Made by a program: the position numbers and the translations under genes. A stretch of DNA of 64,000 nt, taken from positions 28,706,001-28,770,000 of the forward strand of contig OZ296652.1 in NCBI GenBank assembly GCA_965655095.1, given 5' to 3'. This document shows, piece after piece, positions 1 to 13,329 of this stretch. Under the pieces are notes generated by a model, which ran no database searches, had not been told where the DNA came from, and worked only from the letters and a program-made list of their open reading frames with translations. Numbering within the stretch: position 1 is the stretch's first letter; every line of letters starts with the position of its first letter. Source of the DNA: Haplodiscus bocki (lineage: Eukaryota).

Positions 1-414
1 CGTCTAGTCACATTTTTTCCAAAAAAGTAAGGCTGTATAGCTGCTTTCCTTCAACCGTGTGAAATGACAGAATTGATTGGTTTTCAATCATTCACGTGAT
101 TGACCACGAGAGGTTGTGGGAAATTCTAAACTATTGCAGAACGTCATAGGTACAAAACAAAACGTAACGAAAGGCAATTAAAATTGTGTTATCTTCTTTC
201 GAAAATCGCAATATTTTGAAAGACTGAAGGGTGCTCCAATTAATGCTAAAGGGCGACTATTGTCTAAATATTTGTAAATAGCCGGCAACGGCTCAAGTTG
301 GCGCGGTATGTGTGTAGTCGGAGTGTCAAATTTGTCATAGAAGTCGCTCCAAAAAAGTCAGGTCAATAGTCCGGCTTCTTCACACGCGTCGACTAAAAAA
401 CACTAATCTCTTCT

Positions 415-712
415 GTTGGTTCCAAAATTGCCACAGAATGCGTAGAATATAGTTGTTTCACAGAAAATCTCAGCAAAACTCAAGTTTTTTTTTTTAAAAA
501 AAAACAGCATTTTCAAGTTTTGAGGCAACGTTTTCTCATAGGGAAAGGTGCCAATTTTTTAAAAGGCATATCTTTTTCAAAACGAAATTTAGTTCTATTC
601 GTGAAAAAATTGTTGAAAATGAGAAAATAAAAAATGCACTTTGTTTTTTTTCAACGGTTTCTCAGTAAAGTTGGGAGGCAGAAAATATCCCAGAGTTAGC
701 CGGGCGTCTTGT
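415..712 (+). repeat. dispersed non-autonomous repeat (possible Helitron-like 3' end), copy 1
   Basis: Shares blocks with the reverse complement of 59304-59640: caaaattgccacagaatgcgta vs caaatttgccgtagaaagcgta, and gaggcagaaaatatcccagagttagccgggcgtcttgt vs gaaggcgcaaaatatgccggtggtagggccgtcttgt. Both end in CGTCTTGT. Family assignment is a guess. Confidence 0.5.
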
Positions 713-1136
713 AGTGATTGTCATCGCTAAGGCCAAATTTTCGTATAGCCAAAACTTTTTGGTAAGAACGCAAACATGTTCCGGAAGTATATAGGACGCG
801 AGTAAAGGGCAAACTCATAGGTATCGGTTCGAGAGCCCATAATTTCGGGAAATTCCACTACGAATTTTTTGACTCTGAAAAACATTCAGGATCCCCCCCC
901 CCCAGCTTGAACCGTTTTTTTCGCAGAAGTAACATTTTCCTTGACAAGTTCCTAAATTTCTTGAACTTGTTCACTTTAGCACTGACAAAATGTTTTATAA
1001 AAATATTGAAATTAAGTGAGATAACTAAAACAAATGCACAGCAATACACAAAGGAATTATTTACACGATTAGTGTAACTGTGACGGCAGCGCGGCAAAAG
1101 ATGTCTTTTGAAATCTACGGTGGCTACTCCACTGTA

Positions 1137-1357
1137 TTAGATATTTTCTGAGGAAATTTTGGATTCGGATTCTTCTATTATAGTTTCTGCTCGGGCTGAC
1201 ATGAGACCTGAGTGGTTGTGCCTGTAAATGGGCGGAGTCTTCGATCCCTGGTTGTCCGTTACGTGATCCAAGAATCGTTCTAATTGGCCAACATTCAGGT
1301 TGTTGTGCAGCACCTGAACTGGGCAAAAATCTTTCAACAGCTTCGAGGTGACCATTG
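1137..1357 (-). CDS. PPIP5K: PPIP5K terminal coding exon
   Basis: gtgtttcag| acceptor, phase 1. AMVTSKLLKDFCPVQVLHNNLNVGQLERFLDHVT...SSENI-stop; CPVQVLHNNLNVGQLERFL corresponds to the conserved CPLETLHNALSLKQVDEFL motif. Confidence 0.88.
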
Positions 1358-1685
1358 CTGAAACACGATAATCGAGGGATTGCCTTCAGTGGTATACTTT
1401 TATATCCGGATCCCACTTTTCAGCCGATAGTAGTGAAGATGTACTTTGAACAAATCGAAATCATATTTTTAAGGAGTAAGGAGTAGACAGCTGAAGAAGC
1501 CATCGAATTAAATGAGGTAAAATTTCGGTTATCAGAGAAAACTTTCGGAGCCAAGTCCACTCCACGATCGAACTTTAACGTTAGATTCCGGACACCATTT
1601 TTTCAAAACGAAGAAATAGTAGCTATTTTTTAAAATCCGCGGTACTGATTTCAAAATCTATCAACAGAAATACGCTTTTTCTTAC

Positions 1686-1778
1686 CGGTAGGTAACATAT
1701 TCTCACGTCTCATCTTTTCCTGATAGATCGAACTGAGATTCGGAGCGCTTCCAGAGTTGAGGTTTCCCGACAACAAAG
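1686..1778 (-). CDS. PPIP5K: PPIP5K penultimate exon
   Basis: aattttag| acceptor and CCG|gtaaga donor. 93 nt, phase 1-1, ALLSGNLNSGSAPNLSSIYQEKMRRENMLPT, containing the SAPNL motif of animal PPIP5K tails. Confidence 0.85.
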
Positions 1779-3386
1779 CTAAAATTCAGAATATTTCATC
1801 ATGTTGTTCTTTTAATTCCACCCACCCCCGATGTTAAAAAGATAAAACATTTTTTGCTAGCTTGCCTTTTCAATACCAAAATTTCTCTTCATAAGCAATC
1901 ACTCGGCAATGCAACATTCCTTTGTCTCTTTTTGGTATCTTTCATGCATGGAACCATGCTTTCGGCAATGAAAAATGCAACATTCTCCTTTTTCCCTCAC
2001 CAGCAAAAATGGCTCCTGGATTTTCATCTCCGAAAACAAATGAGTGAAACTTTGGTTACCTTTAGGGATTCATCCCAAACATGTTGAGTTGTCAAGAACC
2101 TTTTTTGCTGGACTCGGAAACATCAAGAAGACAACCTTTGCACAAACTCTCCAACAGCAAGAATAAGTGAAAGGAAGCAAAACATAAAACAGGTAAACGG
2201 AACAAAATTAACATAAATTGGGTAGGGAACATTTGAGAGCTTTTGGGGTCCTTTATTTCCTTCAAAACTTAACCTTTTCAAATGTACTCGTTCTATTTTT
2301 TATAATTTCCTCAATACCTCCAATTACCTACATACCATAATGTTCATTAATATCTAAAAGTTCAGTTACTCAACAGCCAAACTCAGCAAGAACTCCATTC
2401 AGGCAAATTTCATAACAGTTTTTCAAATTTTATTCATTTCAATTTCATGATTGCAAGAATTCAGATTGGTAGGAATCATTTGCTTTCAGTATCATAGATA
2501 GAGATCTATTCAGTTTCAGTAGCAGTTGGCACCTCTTCTTCATTGAAAAACTATTCAGAGGTTATAGTTTGTTCCAAACTTAGTCAAACGTTTGTTTCGA
2601 AACCTCCCAAAATTAATTAGTTTCAATACACATTCAAAAAAATTGATTGAACTCTCAAAAAATGCAAGTTATAAAAAGACGGTTGCTCATTTGTCTCTAG
2701 TTCCAAGCTCAGGTACTGTAAAGTTGCTGCTTTGGCTTTGAAAATGGAATGTTTTACATAATTTTCGGCAATAACTGTTTTTTTTAAATAAAAAAAACTC
2801 CAAGTCTTCGATCCAGCAACATTCTTTAGCGATCCTAAAATATTCAATCTTTTTAAAAGTTGAAACTAACATCCATGTAACAGAAGTACAAGTAAGGTTT
2901 GAGCAACAAATGAACAAAAAAAGATTTGACAGTTTGATACGTTCAATTGTCAATAAAGTTAACAAGACACTCGACTACAACCGGGATATTTTCCGCCCTC
3001 CAACTTTGTTGCAAATGCGTTTTCAGGAAATTTTAGCCTTCTATATGCGTTCTCTATCACTTTGTCATTTCCCCAGTAAAAAACCAGACTTTTCTTCAAA
3101 AACCCTAAATTTTGTCGCAAACAGGCATTTTTTGGAAATATTACCATTTTATCTGTTAATATCTCAGAATTGTAAATTGACAAGTAAACGTGAAAAACGC
3201 ACGCGTTCAGTGGATAATTCTTCATCCATATTTAAATATGGGTGGAAAATAATAATATAACGGAAACCGGTAGACAACACTACTATTGCTGCTGCTGGAG
3301 AACTGAAGGTGTTGGTTGCATTGCATGGAGTTGAATGTATCAAACAGGACTGACCACTGATTTCAACCAGCATCAGCAAAGCTTAC

Positions 3387-3422
3387 CAGATAACGTGACA
3401 GAGAGGGAACTTTTGGCGGAGC
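3387..3422 (-). CDS. PPIP5K: candidate 36-nt PPIP5K micro-exon
   Basis: ttcttcag| acceptor and CTG|gtaagc donor. Phase 1-1, reads (C)SAKSSLSVTLS with no stop. No conserved motif, so support is splice signals and phase only. Confidence 0.6.
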
Positions 3423-5466
3423 CTGAAGAAACAATAGGCACACGGTAAGATCTAATGTTTCACTCACTTGCTTTTCCAACTAAAGTAGTGCTGAAAAATT
3501 GCATTTGGAATGATAATAACCGAAAAATTTCATTCAGATTTATGGGAGCTGCTAATTTTAAGAGCAAAGTGCTCAAATGAATTTCGCAGATATTCTTTGT
3601 AAGAAATCGCCAGTGTTAAGCCCACCCTTGCTGATTGATAATCATACCTTTTGATGCTTTCAAAAATCAGCTTGTTTCGTTAAGTAACTGAACTAGACTC
3701 TACATAAACTTTACAGTAACGAAAAATAACAGTTGAAAATCGACAACAAAAATAAACAACCTCAATTATCTTGATATATTACACTGCCTTGGGCAAAATA
3801 AATTCTCTTACGGTTGAGGGTTAAGTGTTTTACCATTCTCGACAGTTTTCCACAAAAAAAAACAGTTAAAACAGACGACACTGTCATATTTCAAGACAGT
3901 GATAAAAATCAGTAGCATGTCATCTTGAACAGCGCTTTTTCGATTTCTTAATTCAAGAATTCTTCCTTAGGGTATATTTTCTTGCAGACGATGGGAATCA
4001 ATTTATATTGAGCACAGGAGCGACGCTGTGCTTCGCAACACTTGCGCTAACGGAATAAACAAAAAAGGATACAATAATTCATTCGGTTGATTTTTCAAAT
4101 AAAAATATTGATTCTCAAGCAGCAATGGCACAGTCAGCAATGGCACAGAGCATGCGACTGTGGCGCGAAAAGTCCCAGATTCAAGCTTAGGACAATCCTT
4201 TCTCTTTGATCAAAATCTACGGACAAATGTGCGATTCGTAAACGGATCGGAAAAAATCCACAGACTGTGATAAAACACTTGCTTGCGGAAGTGTAATAAA
4301 ATCTCAACCGATATTCCAGCTTAACATGACAAGCTCTTAAGTGAAAACTAGGCATACAGGATGCTAGGCCATAAGCGCTAAGAACTCAAATGATCAAAAA
4401 CTTGAGATTAAGAGAATTTAGCAAAAATTCCAATCACGTCGAAAAATTACACACAAATCAGGAAGTCAAAAATTGCGCTTCCGATGATCTACTGGTTAAA
4501 ATTTGCCGCCTTGAATTCTTTGCAATTTTTCGACTCGATGAGTAGTAACCAATTTGAAAAATCAGAAAAAAGGATGCTGCCAAAAAATTGACAAATTGGA
4601 GAATATTTGAACCAAGTACTTTCTCAGCGAACGCATATTTAGCGAGTTGGAGACACACGGAAAAAACGAAAACCGTCCGTAATACACTTCGCTGCGCTTG
4701 CTCACTCGTGTAAAAAGCGGAAAATAGGGTGTGAATGGAAATGAGAAATTTGAGGCGATAATAATCAAGTACTTGAAATCGAGGAGTCAGTGGTGACGTT
4801 CGCTTTACCTTGGGGAAACAAAAAGTCCATACAAAACAACGAAAGTGAAAATAAGCAGTCGTCATCCGGTTCACCTTAGTGCTCAGCTTCGCTCAGTGAA
4901 TTACGCCGTCAGTTACGAAAGAGTAAAATGTATATACAATTAGACAAGCTTAATGACAAACAAGCCGAGAACAGCTCAAACTTGGCGCTGCCCAGCTGTC
5001 AATCACAAATTCGAGTAAACCGCAGAGGTGAAAGAAAAGATTTAATTTTTTGACTTATAGTGCCGAAACAATTCATATACTGCACAGCACCTTTTGCTGC
5101 TAGCGAGTACTTACCCATGCCTGTTATAGACTGTACTTGATGCAGACAAAATAGTCACGGAAAATGTAGAAAATTAGTTGGCATCTCAAAACAAAGAGAC
5201 TACAAGAGTCGGCGTATTTACGCAACAAAAAGCACCGACCAAGAATATACAGTAGCTCTTTGAAAGTATGAACCAGGGGAGGGGCTAAACTCTTGATTCT
5301 GCTTGTCCATTTCCGTTTAGCTGGTGAAGATTGGGCTATTCTCTATCAGAGCGCCACATTAACAAAAAAAAGTCAACTTGCAAGGCGAGTGAAACCTGGA
5401 ACAAAACACCTGCCTACCGCTTTCTTTTCCCGCCGGATACTTGTCGCCTTCTTTTTAATTTTATAG

Positions 5467-5550
5467 TTCGGTCTGAGATTCGAACCCACAACCTCTGCAC
5501 TTCGACCCGGTCCATATATCAAAACTGTACTTCTGCATGAGCCATCCAGC
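5467..5550 (-). mobile_element. tRNA-derived SINE head (Pol III A/B boxes)
   Basis: Minus strand has TGGCTCA (A-box-like, 5544-5538) and GGTTCGAATCT (B box, 5486-5476) about 50 nt apart, but no convincing cloverleaf. Confidence 0.5.
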
Positions 5551-6730
5551 TTTCCCACAGCCTCAATATCAAATGTCGAATACTCGCTTCACATTGGTTC
5601 AGAGCCTATGACGTCATCGTAATTGCAGTAACAAATTTCCCGCGTTTCTCGATCTCGTCCCATCCGAATCCAATATACTGTAACGCCATGCTCTTTGATG
5701 TAACCGGTTTCCCACGATTTTGTCCCGTCCAATCAGAATCGAGTGTGCGATATCGTCATGCTATTTGAAGACAGAGTGCACTTTCAAGTATTGGGTAAAG
5801 TTGATGCGAGAAACCTGCATGTTTAACAAATAGTTTCCCTTTCATATACAAAAAAAACGTGAAGTGTGCTACTGACTTTGATGGACATGATGCACCTGAT
5901 AGTTAGGGCAATTAATGAAGTTGAATATTGTGCAAAATCAAAAGCAGTTGCGTTTTTTGGAAATCTCGACCTATCAGAACTCAGATTCCGGAAAAAGAGC
6001 GATGACTTGATATCAGACACTTCCACAGTAGAAAACTGCTGAACTAGTACTTGCCGGAAAAATCCAAGGGTTTGGTGGACAAATGAACTAGATTTAGCCG
6101 AGCATCATCACTAGTTCGGATCTCTGGCATTGTGGGCCTACCATAAAGCTGATGCGAGGAATCACAGTGAAGGTAATTTTAGTGAAATTAGTCAAAACAA
6201 GAACGCGTGTGATTCAGGCTTTGATAAAAAATGTCAAGGAGGGAGTTCAGGAAACAAAAGATTTTGAATACATGTATATAAAAAGACACTAACTGCAAAA
6301 TTCAAGATTTCCACCAGTCTAGATTGGGCCGCAAAGAATGAAGACCGCATGTTTCAACCCAAAAACTTGAAACTTGTTATTAAAAGTAAGCTGTAGAATA
6401 TCACCTTAAGCCAAGCTTTAAAAAAATCTTCATCAAAGGTTTCGATTTTGAAAAAGTACTTCTGTCGCACTTTTAGATGCAAACTGGAACATTGCGTTCA
6501 ATGAACTAATCGTTCAAAGCAGTGAACATAACGTATCGAGAACAATTGGTTTAAACTTCTTGGGTTCACAGATGACACAAAACTACAAGCTGGTCAATTT
6601 TTTTAAAGAAGTGTCTTTGTTCGCGAGTTCTTTCGATTGGCACGTTCCATATATGATTCCTCATTCCTGGTCGAGTAAAACAAAATGGTTGTCACCACTT
6701 GAGGATGAAATGTCTGCAGGTCAAAGCTAA

Positions 6731-6897
6731 TATGCTGAATTTCGTAAAATTCAAAGGCCGCGGCATTGACAGCTGCTCGAAAAGCTGGATGCCTAATGCT
6801 TGGATAGCGAAGTTTCAATGTAAAATAAGCCCAATCTTATCAGAAAGGTCAGAATGGATGTCAAAATAAAAACGCGGTAAGAGAATACAAAGTCTGG
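6731..6897 (+). repeat. diverged ~170-bp direct repeat, copy A (copy B at 12584-12756)
   Basis: Shared blocks tatg(c/t)tgaa.ttc.ta.a.ttcaaa.gccg.ggc.ttg.cagctgctcgaaaa, ttcaatgtaaaat and acgcggtaa(g/a)agaatacaaagtctgg. Confidence 0.75.
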
Positions 6898-6949
6898 AAG
6901 TCAACCAAGAAATCGAATCAATTAAAGATAATTTGACATCATAGCATAC

Positions 6950-7900
6950 CAATTTTCCACTCGGGAAAATCCAGCTTGTCTTCTGCAAGAACAGAATCTG
7001 CAACATTGATTTCGGGTCCGTTCCTAAACTATTTTTACGAACACGAAGCGTGATCAAATATTCTCGCTTCCACGTGGTCCAAAAATCATCTTGAATTTGC
7101 TGCAGTACAAGGAACCGGGTATTGAGATCAAACTTTGGTTCAGAAGCATCTATTGAAGAAAAAACCACCTATAAAGAAGTGGTGCTGGTGCTGAAGGTAT
7201 CAAGTCACTCGGGTCATTTGAGGGAGGCGTCAAAGTCATGGAATATAGAAGCGCTTCAATTTGATTCAAAACCGTAAAAAATTCTTGAGAAGTAAGTTTC
7301 TGCTTTCCTACCACGTGACGCATTTGACTCTTCATGCTTTATAACAGGTGCACCAGGAGCCATCCATCAAAGTGTGGGACAGGTGCTGGTCTTGTCACCA
7401 CTCGGAAAAATTTGATTGGCGAAAGCAACCAAAGACTCAGCATCTCTTTAAGAATTTCCTTCAAGTTCATAAAATCACAACCTGCACCATGAAACTAAAA
7501 CCGTTGTCGCTAAAAAGTTTCGCCGGTGTTCCACGCCTCGAAAACCTTTTCAGCGCACGAAAGCAAGCTTCTTTTGTGAGATCAGGAACTAGCTCAACGT
7601 GTAGAGCCTTCGTGGAGAAGTACACAAAGACAGAAATTTAAGCTTTACAAGAACTAGTCTCATTTGCTTTTGCGTAGATTGGACCAACCAAATCAAATCC
7701 ACATTGAACAAGAAGTTTGGATGGAGTGGCCCGTTCAACCGGTAGGTCAAAAAAAGCTGGAAAGGCAGTTTCAGTGAGTACCGACAGCATTTGAAACCAT
7801 TCAGAAAGATATTTTTGATGATAGACTTTACGCCAACAATCCAAAATTAGTCTACAATTGCTGGATGCGTCTATGGCCACTCACCAGGGAGAATTTCTTC
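6950..7900 (-). pseudogene. BEL/Pao integrase + DUF5641 tail remnant
   Basis: GFDLVGP, TKALHVELVPDLT, RRGTPAKLFSDNG, PHFDG, VLNQIEALL and FWTTWKREYL. Confidence 0.88.
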
Positions 7901-8379
7901 ATGAAGTCGTCGAGCTATCCGCGGAACAAAAGATTTTTGGGAACAAGATAAGGGTGCTTCTTGAATTCATGACAAAAGATGACTCCCAGGCCACCTCCAA
8001 TTCTTAGAAGGTCGGTATATTCTGAGAAAGCTCAAAAAAAGGACATATTTGCAAATATTGGACAACAATGGCAGTTCTTGGTCACTTTTCAGAGAAGCAA
8101 AATCTACTGGAGAGTAAGTTTTTGTGCCCAACGGAAACCAATTGACATTTTGCTAGAGCTCACTACGACTCGATAGTATTTTCAACACGCTTCGACCTTT
8201 TCTCAGAGCAGCTACGAACTGGTGTAGTTGATCGAACACGCGCACGAGTTTTCAGAATGCTGAGAATCGATTAACCCCAAAGAAATGGGTGATAATGCTG
8301 ACAGTAAGTACCTTTCTGGGCTTCCGCTTCTCAAGGCCTTCATTTCCTGATTTGTAGTCAGGCCATTTGTCATTGATAA

Positions 8380-9870
8380 TTAACAACCAGGTCGGACCCT
8401 TCTACCAGAAGTAAGTTTCGATGGGGTCAGATATCGTGGCACTTCTTGAAGCAATATCTGCACGATTTTCAGCAGTTCAAACACGAATCCAAGAAAAGCG
8501 GGGGCAAAGAATTTTGAATATTCGCAACATGATTGTCCAAGAAAGTATTCCAAGTTTTTGAGAGCTTGGAAAACCAGTCGAATACAGTGGTGTTGTCAGT
8601 CCAATTACAAATATCATTTATCCCTAGGATTTCTCTCGATGTGCCAAGTAGAAAAGCTCTGAATTGAGCAGCACACGGCTCAAAACGAGTTATTTGAAAT
8701 TGCTTTCACAGGTGCTACCCTGGTTTTAGCAGTTAAGAGCTTCGCTTGAACACTAAAAATTTATGTCTTCAAGGCGTATATAAACAGCAGGTGAATAACC
8801 GTTTTCTGAGGCGTCACAGAAAACAAGGAGCTGTTGGTCATACTGCTTTCTGGGAACGACACATCTGGACATCGTTGTGTTTCAGAAGATTTTGACGCAG
8901 ATCAACTGAAGGATTTGCTATATGGCTGGGAAGTTCCTCATCCCAGACAAGGCCTTCACCCCAAGTTTATGGAAAAAAAGGATTTGAACGCAAAAATCAT
9001 TAGTGTGATCCAACCGGTGGGATCAAAGATTTTCGAAGAAAGAGGGTTCAATTCGTTACCTCGGGAAACTCAAAAGTAAAACAATCGTAACTGATGGGTT
9101 TCCATGAAGCACGCAATGTTCTGTAATTTTCAATTCTCAGAGAACAGTAGCACATTTCTGGAAGTTTCCCAAGTCAGGGAAAATTCTAAGATTAGTTCGG
9201 GGTGACTAAACGTCCAGTTCCTAAGCTCAAAACCGAAAGACGCAAGCTATCGAAACAAACCAATCAAAAATTGTATTAATTCAACGACGCTATTCCCGCC
9301 GACCAAGCAGTTATCAACATAAAAACTTGTGTTGACTGCACCGACCACGGTAGGTAAATCGGACCGATCGACGATTTTTTTCCAGAGCACGGGTTGAATG
9401 GAAAGCAGACGAATCAATACAGTATATCACTGACCTGATTCTTAGATGTTTGACTTCAACGTTTTTATTTCCCTACAAGATACGACGGAAATCCTCGTCG
9501 CGTCCATCAAGCTCCATCTGAACATATATTTTCGCAATGTCAGCGGAAAAGGCAACAGATTTCGGTGTAAAATGGAAAAAAATCATCTCGACGCACAGAG
9601 CCAACCTTCAGGCTTTCATTTAGGGATATGCCCTTCTAGGACTTATCAGGGCCATCGAAGTCAACTTAACTTGGTTTTAGTAGAGCCTTCTTTGAAGTTG
9701 CAATGATGTCGTAAGTAGTTCACTTCACTTTCGGGTTTGCCAAATTCATTTTCTGGTAGCACTTTTAATTGGCTCAGAGAAATTAAGTCATGAAGGAAAT
9801 TTGCATACTGCTTCTTCAACTCAAGATCACGATCCACGACGCTCAAGTGATTCGGCACGTCGTTAGTCAT
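8380..9870 (-). pseudogene. BEL/Pao reverse transcriptase + RNase H remnant
   Basis: YLRHH, SADIAKIY, FYVDNCL (YxDD site, ~9305-9326), SKIFDPTG, VFCDASE, LLTAKTRVAP, WTDNT and NRADIASR in mixed frames. Confidence 0.85.
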
Positions 9871-10000
9871 GAACCCAAGCTTTCACCCAAAATTATACTT
9901 TTTAAATGGCAGTTTCACAACCAAACGATTATTTAGAAGTCTCGTGGTTTCCGGGGAAAAGTTCGCACAAGTACTCTGTTGTTTGGGAGCAGGCAAGCTT

Positions 10001-10520
10001 TCAACCAACCAAGATTTGCACCGTTTTTCGTCGAGCGAAAAGGGACAGCTGACACTGGATGAGAGGGAATGCTTGCTCGCCAACGATTACCCAAACAACT
10101 GTTCGCCGCAGAATCAAGCTGAAAGAATTCTCCTCACGTCGATATCTCAACAATTTTTTGAAAACGTCACTACCGATGATCAAATCAACAGGTTGGGAAC
10201 TGTTGAACGCAGTATACGTTACTTGCAAACCTTCATGGTGGAAGTGGTAGTCCGGAGTTGAATCGGATACAGCTGATTAAAGTTTTCAGAAAATCAGCCG
10301 GCTCGTTGACGTTTTCTGATTCAGACTGTATGAGTGTTCAAAAAACCAAGCTTCACATCATCTGACTTCTCTCTCATGGAACCTAAACTAAAACTAACGT
10401 GATAGTGCTCTAAATTCGATCCGTGTGCAAAACTTTGTGTGATAAAACTAAGTTGAGAAGCACTGTCCAGCAATGCACGGCATTTCAGTTCATTAATTGA
10501 GCCAATAAGAGACAACAGCA
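10001..10520 (-). pseudogene. BEL/Pao aspartic protease remnant
   Basis: CRALLDSASQLSFIT (DS[G/A] active-site motif) and downstream VDLIIGSDVF. Confidence 0.85.
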
Positions 10521-11036
10521 GCAAGAAAAATAGTTGTGTAGGTCGAAGATTCATTTTATTGCTCAACCAATGCAGACTCTTATTTTGTTAAACAAATTTC
10601 ATTCACCTTCGAAGTATTATCACTGCGATTTAGTAATAATGATAAATTTTTTTGAAGGTTTGACAGGACTTTCTCGAGGAGCAGTTTTTGATACAATGCT
10701 CTGCTTCCAAGCCAGTAAAGTAGAGCCTGAGTTGGTTTGTTGTGTCTTTCATTCACAAATAGCGAAGAGAATTGAGGAAAAATATGAATCAGGTGAGCCT
10801 GCTTGCAATTGGTAGGCTGAAATCGATTGATAACTTCGGCAAAAATCTAATTTTACTTCATTCAGGCCTTCGCACGGTTGGTCTTCTGAGTGATTGGCAG
10901 CTTCCAAGGCTCTTGCATGCCGTTCGACGAGCCCTTGTAATTGATCCATTGACTAAGTTGCCACCAACCACGCTCCAATGACAATTCACGAGTTTCCGAA
11001 TCAAGTTTCACGGACTAAATATGAATGCAGACGAAA

Positions 11037-11600
11037 TCACAGCTTTCCGTGTCGATGCCTAAGGCACTCAAAGCCTATTCCTCCTTCAAAACTCCAAACA
11101 GTTTCTGAAATCCTTCCGGGTATTCTTTTTTCAATACATGTTGGAAAACGTTTCTTAAATGTACTACTGTTATGACGATCTTGAAGCAGTTTGAGCGCTG
11201 CATCAAAAATCGATTCCGTTGTGGGTATCAGCGAAAAGATACCTTTGGCCTCACCTCGTAAAACACCGTTCAGATAAAAGGGCTTCTGGACCTTACGAAG
11301 CGTAGGGTGATAAGGGACGGTTCCTTTGATCAAGTCAAAGAGAGTTTCCCAGTCCTTGTGCAAATCGTCGAAGGTTGGAACTTCAATTTTGGGCAAACGA
11401 ACGTTATTCTATCGACTACATGAACTGATCGATGACAGTTCAGGATTATCAAGGCTACGCTGCCATTGCCAATTAGTCACCATTTTAATCATACGTTTAA
11501 CTTCAGCTTCATTATCGCCTGCAATCGATAACTTCACTTGCATTGCCTATTCAATATTTTCAATCTCATTCATAAGTTCCACGTTTATTTGATCGAGTGT
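11037..11600 (-). pseudogene. BEL/Pao gag (DUF1759-type) remnant
   Basis: LPKIEVPTFDDLHKDWETLFDLIKGTV...KVQKPFYLNGVLRGEAKGIF...AALKLLQDRH. Confidence 0.85.
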
Positions 11601-12583
11601 CTTGCATTTATCAATCAAGGATTCAAACGTTTCAAGAGCAAGATTGAAGTGCTTGTGACTTCCTCAGTTGGTTTAGCTTTCACAGCTTCAAATGGAATTC
11701 GTTTGCCGGTAAAAAAACTCTGGGGCCTTCCGAGAGGCCATTGCTTTCGAGAAAGCAATGGCCTCTCGGAAGGCCCCAAAGTTCTGCCATTTCGACTATT
11801 TCAAGCGTTGACTACGAAAATCCTAACTTGAACCAAGCATAGCCCCTTGCAGGCAGACAAGCCAAAGACTATGAAGATATAATAGCAGGAAATAACTTCA
11901 GACTAGAAAAACTAACAAAAATATTCTGTCACAGGGGGTGGGGCTTCCTTGTGAGTTTTCTTCTTGAATTTATTTTTCAGGATCTTTTCATTCAAAAATT
12001 TGTAAATCTGCCAAAAGCTCTGTTCTCGAAATGACACCAGTCTTCAGAAATGTGCCTCAAATCGTAAAGATAATGTGAAATGTCCAGTAAAATTACACAC
12101 GGATTTTGTCTTCTCTTTAGGTCGCATTGAGTTATAGAACTTTTGTTTGCACTACTTTGCTGCCATTAGGTGTCACACTGGTAACAAAAACTTCCGCAGC
12201 TAGTGATGAGAGGGCGTATGCAACATTCAGACATTTCGTTCGCGACTTCAGCTCATCGACACTTAATTTTTGAGGTAAAGTTTTCCAATGCGTTCCCCCC
12301 AACAATGAATACAATCCTCTGAAATTCGTGGTACGGCGGTAAAAAACTCCCTAAGATGTGCCGGACGACCTCCGGTGACAGAAAAAACGTCCAAAGATAC
12401 AGTAGAGAAATTCTTCTGTAAAGAGTCTGATAATATCAGGCTTTTCGATGTTTTTTTAAGATGAAAGCTTCTTCGTACCATGGAGTTTCACATTATTATC
12501 ACGAATCGTTTCCAGGGGGAAAATTTAAAACAATCTAACGATGGGTGTTCTGCGAGCATTACGTCTCGAGGGAGACGCCAAAT

Positions 12584-12756
12584 TATGTTGAACTTCATAG
12601 ACTTCAAATGCCGTGGCGTTGCCAGCTGCTCGAAAAATTGGGTTACTATTGTTCAGATATCGAAAACTTCTTCAATGTAAAATGAGTCAATTTTGTATGG
12701 AAAAAGTCAAATCAATGAAGGTCAAAGCAGACGCGGTAAAAGAATACAAAGTCTGG
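12584..12756 (+). repeat. diverged ~170-bp direct repeat, copy B
   Basis: Matches 6731-6897 in the same orientation, on the other side of the BEL/Pao internal region. Confidence 0.75.
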
Positions 12757-13329
12757 TAGAGGCCAAAACATGAAAATTTTAAAATTGGAAATCTTTCTAG
12801 ATGCATGGTACGTTCTAGTTTTACAACTCGTCTTAAATTTTAAGTATACGACCCCAAAAGCAAGGGTTGGTTAGTTAATTGCATGCAGTTGTACATGTAT
12901 TCTAACAATTTTCAGACCTATTGTGACATCAAAGCCTACTTGATGCTAAGTATTTAATCATATTCTTTCTCGGATTAATCAATTTGAAGCTACTTTAGTT
13001 ATTCTGCCGGAGTACACTAAGCTGAATTAATTAACTGCGCACACTCAAGTCAATAAAGACGAAGTGCCTCTTTTTTCATTATCATTTTTTTCTCCGTTCA
13101 GCAATTCGACTTGGGAGGTGCAAAATAATAAGATAATGGGTCGGTCAAGTGACATTCGACCAGTCAATCTGAGACACCATGACATGTTATTATGACAGTT
13201 GTTCATTTGTTATCATCAGACCCACTGATCAAATCGTGAAAACGATCTTGGGCAGTTCAATTGACTGGACTTCGTAAGCCAACACAATTCGAACAGAAAT
13301 TTCAACAACAGACTTTTGGTTCTACTCAC

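Larger units (their letters stand above)
6950..11830 (-). mobile_element. decayed BEL/Pao LTR retrotransposon, internal gag-pol region
   Basis: Domain order gag-PR-RT-RNaseH-IN with Pao-type motifs, broken by many stops and frameshifts. Lies in the 9.9-kb PPIP5K intron in sense orientation. Truncated at the 3' end after the WKIG-like motif. Confidence 0.92.

Noticed and set aside
1069-1416. 115-aa minus-strand ORF as a gene
   Set aside because: It overlaps the PPIP5K terminal exon in another frame; the conserved motif and the phase-compatible acceptor belong to the 1137-1357 frame.
5467-5550. Functional tRNA gene
   Set aside because: A/B boxes only; acceptor and anticodon stems do not pair convincingly, so it is treated as a SINE head.
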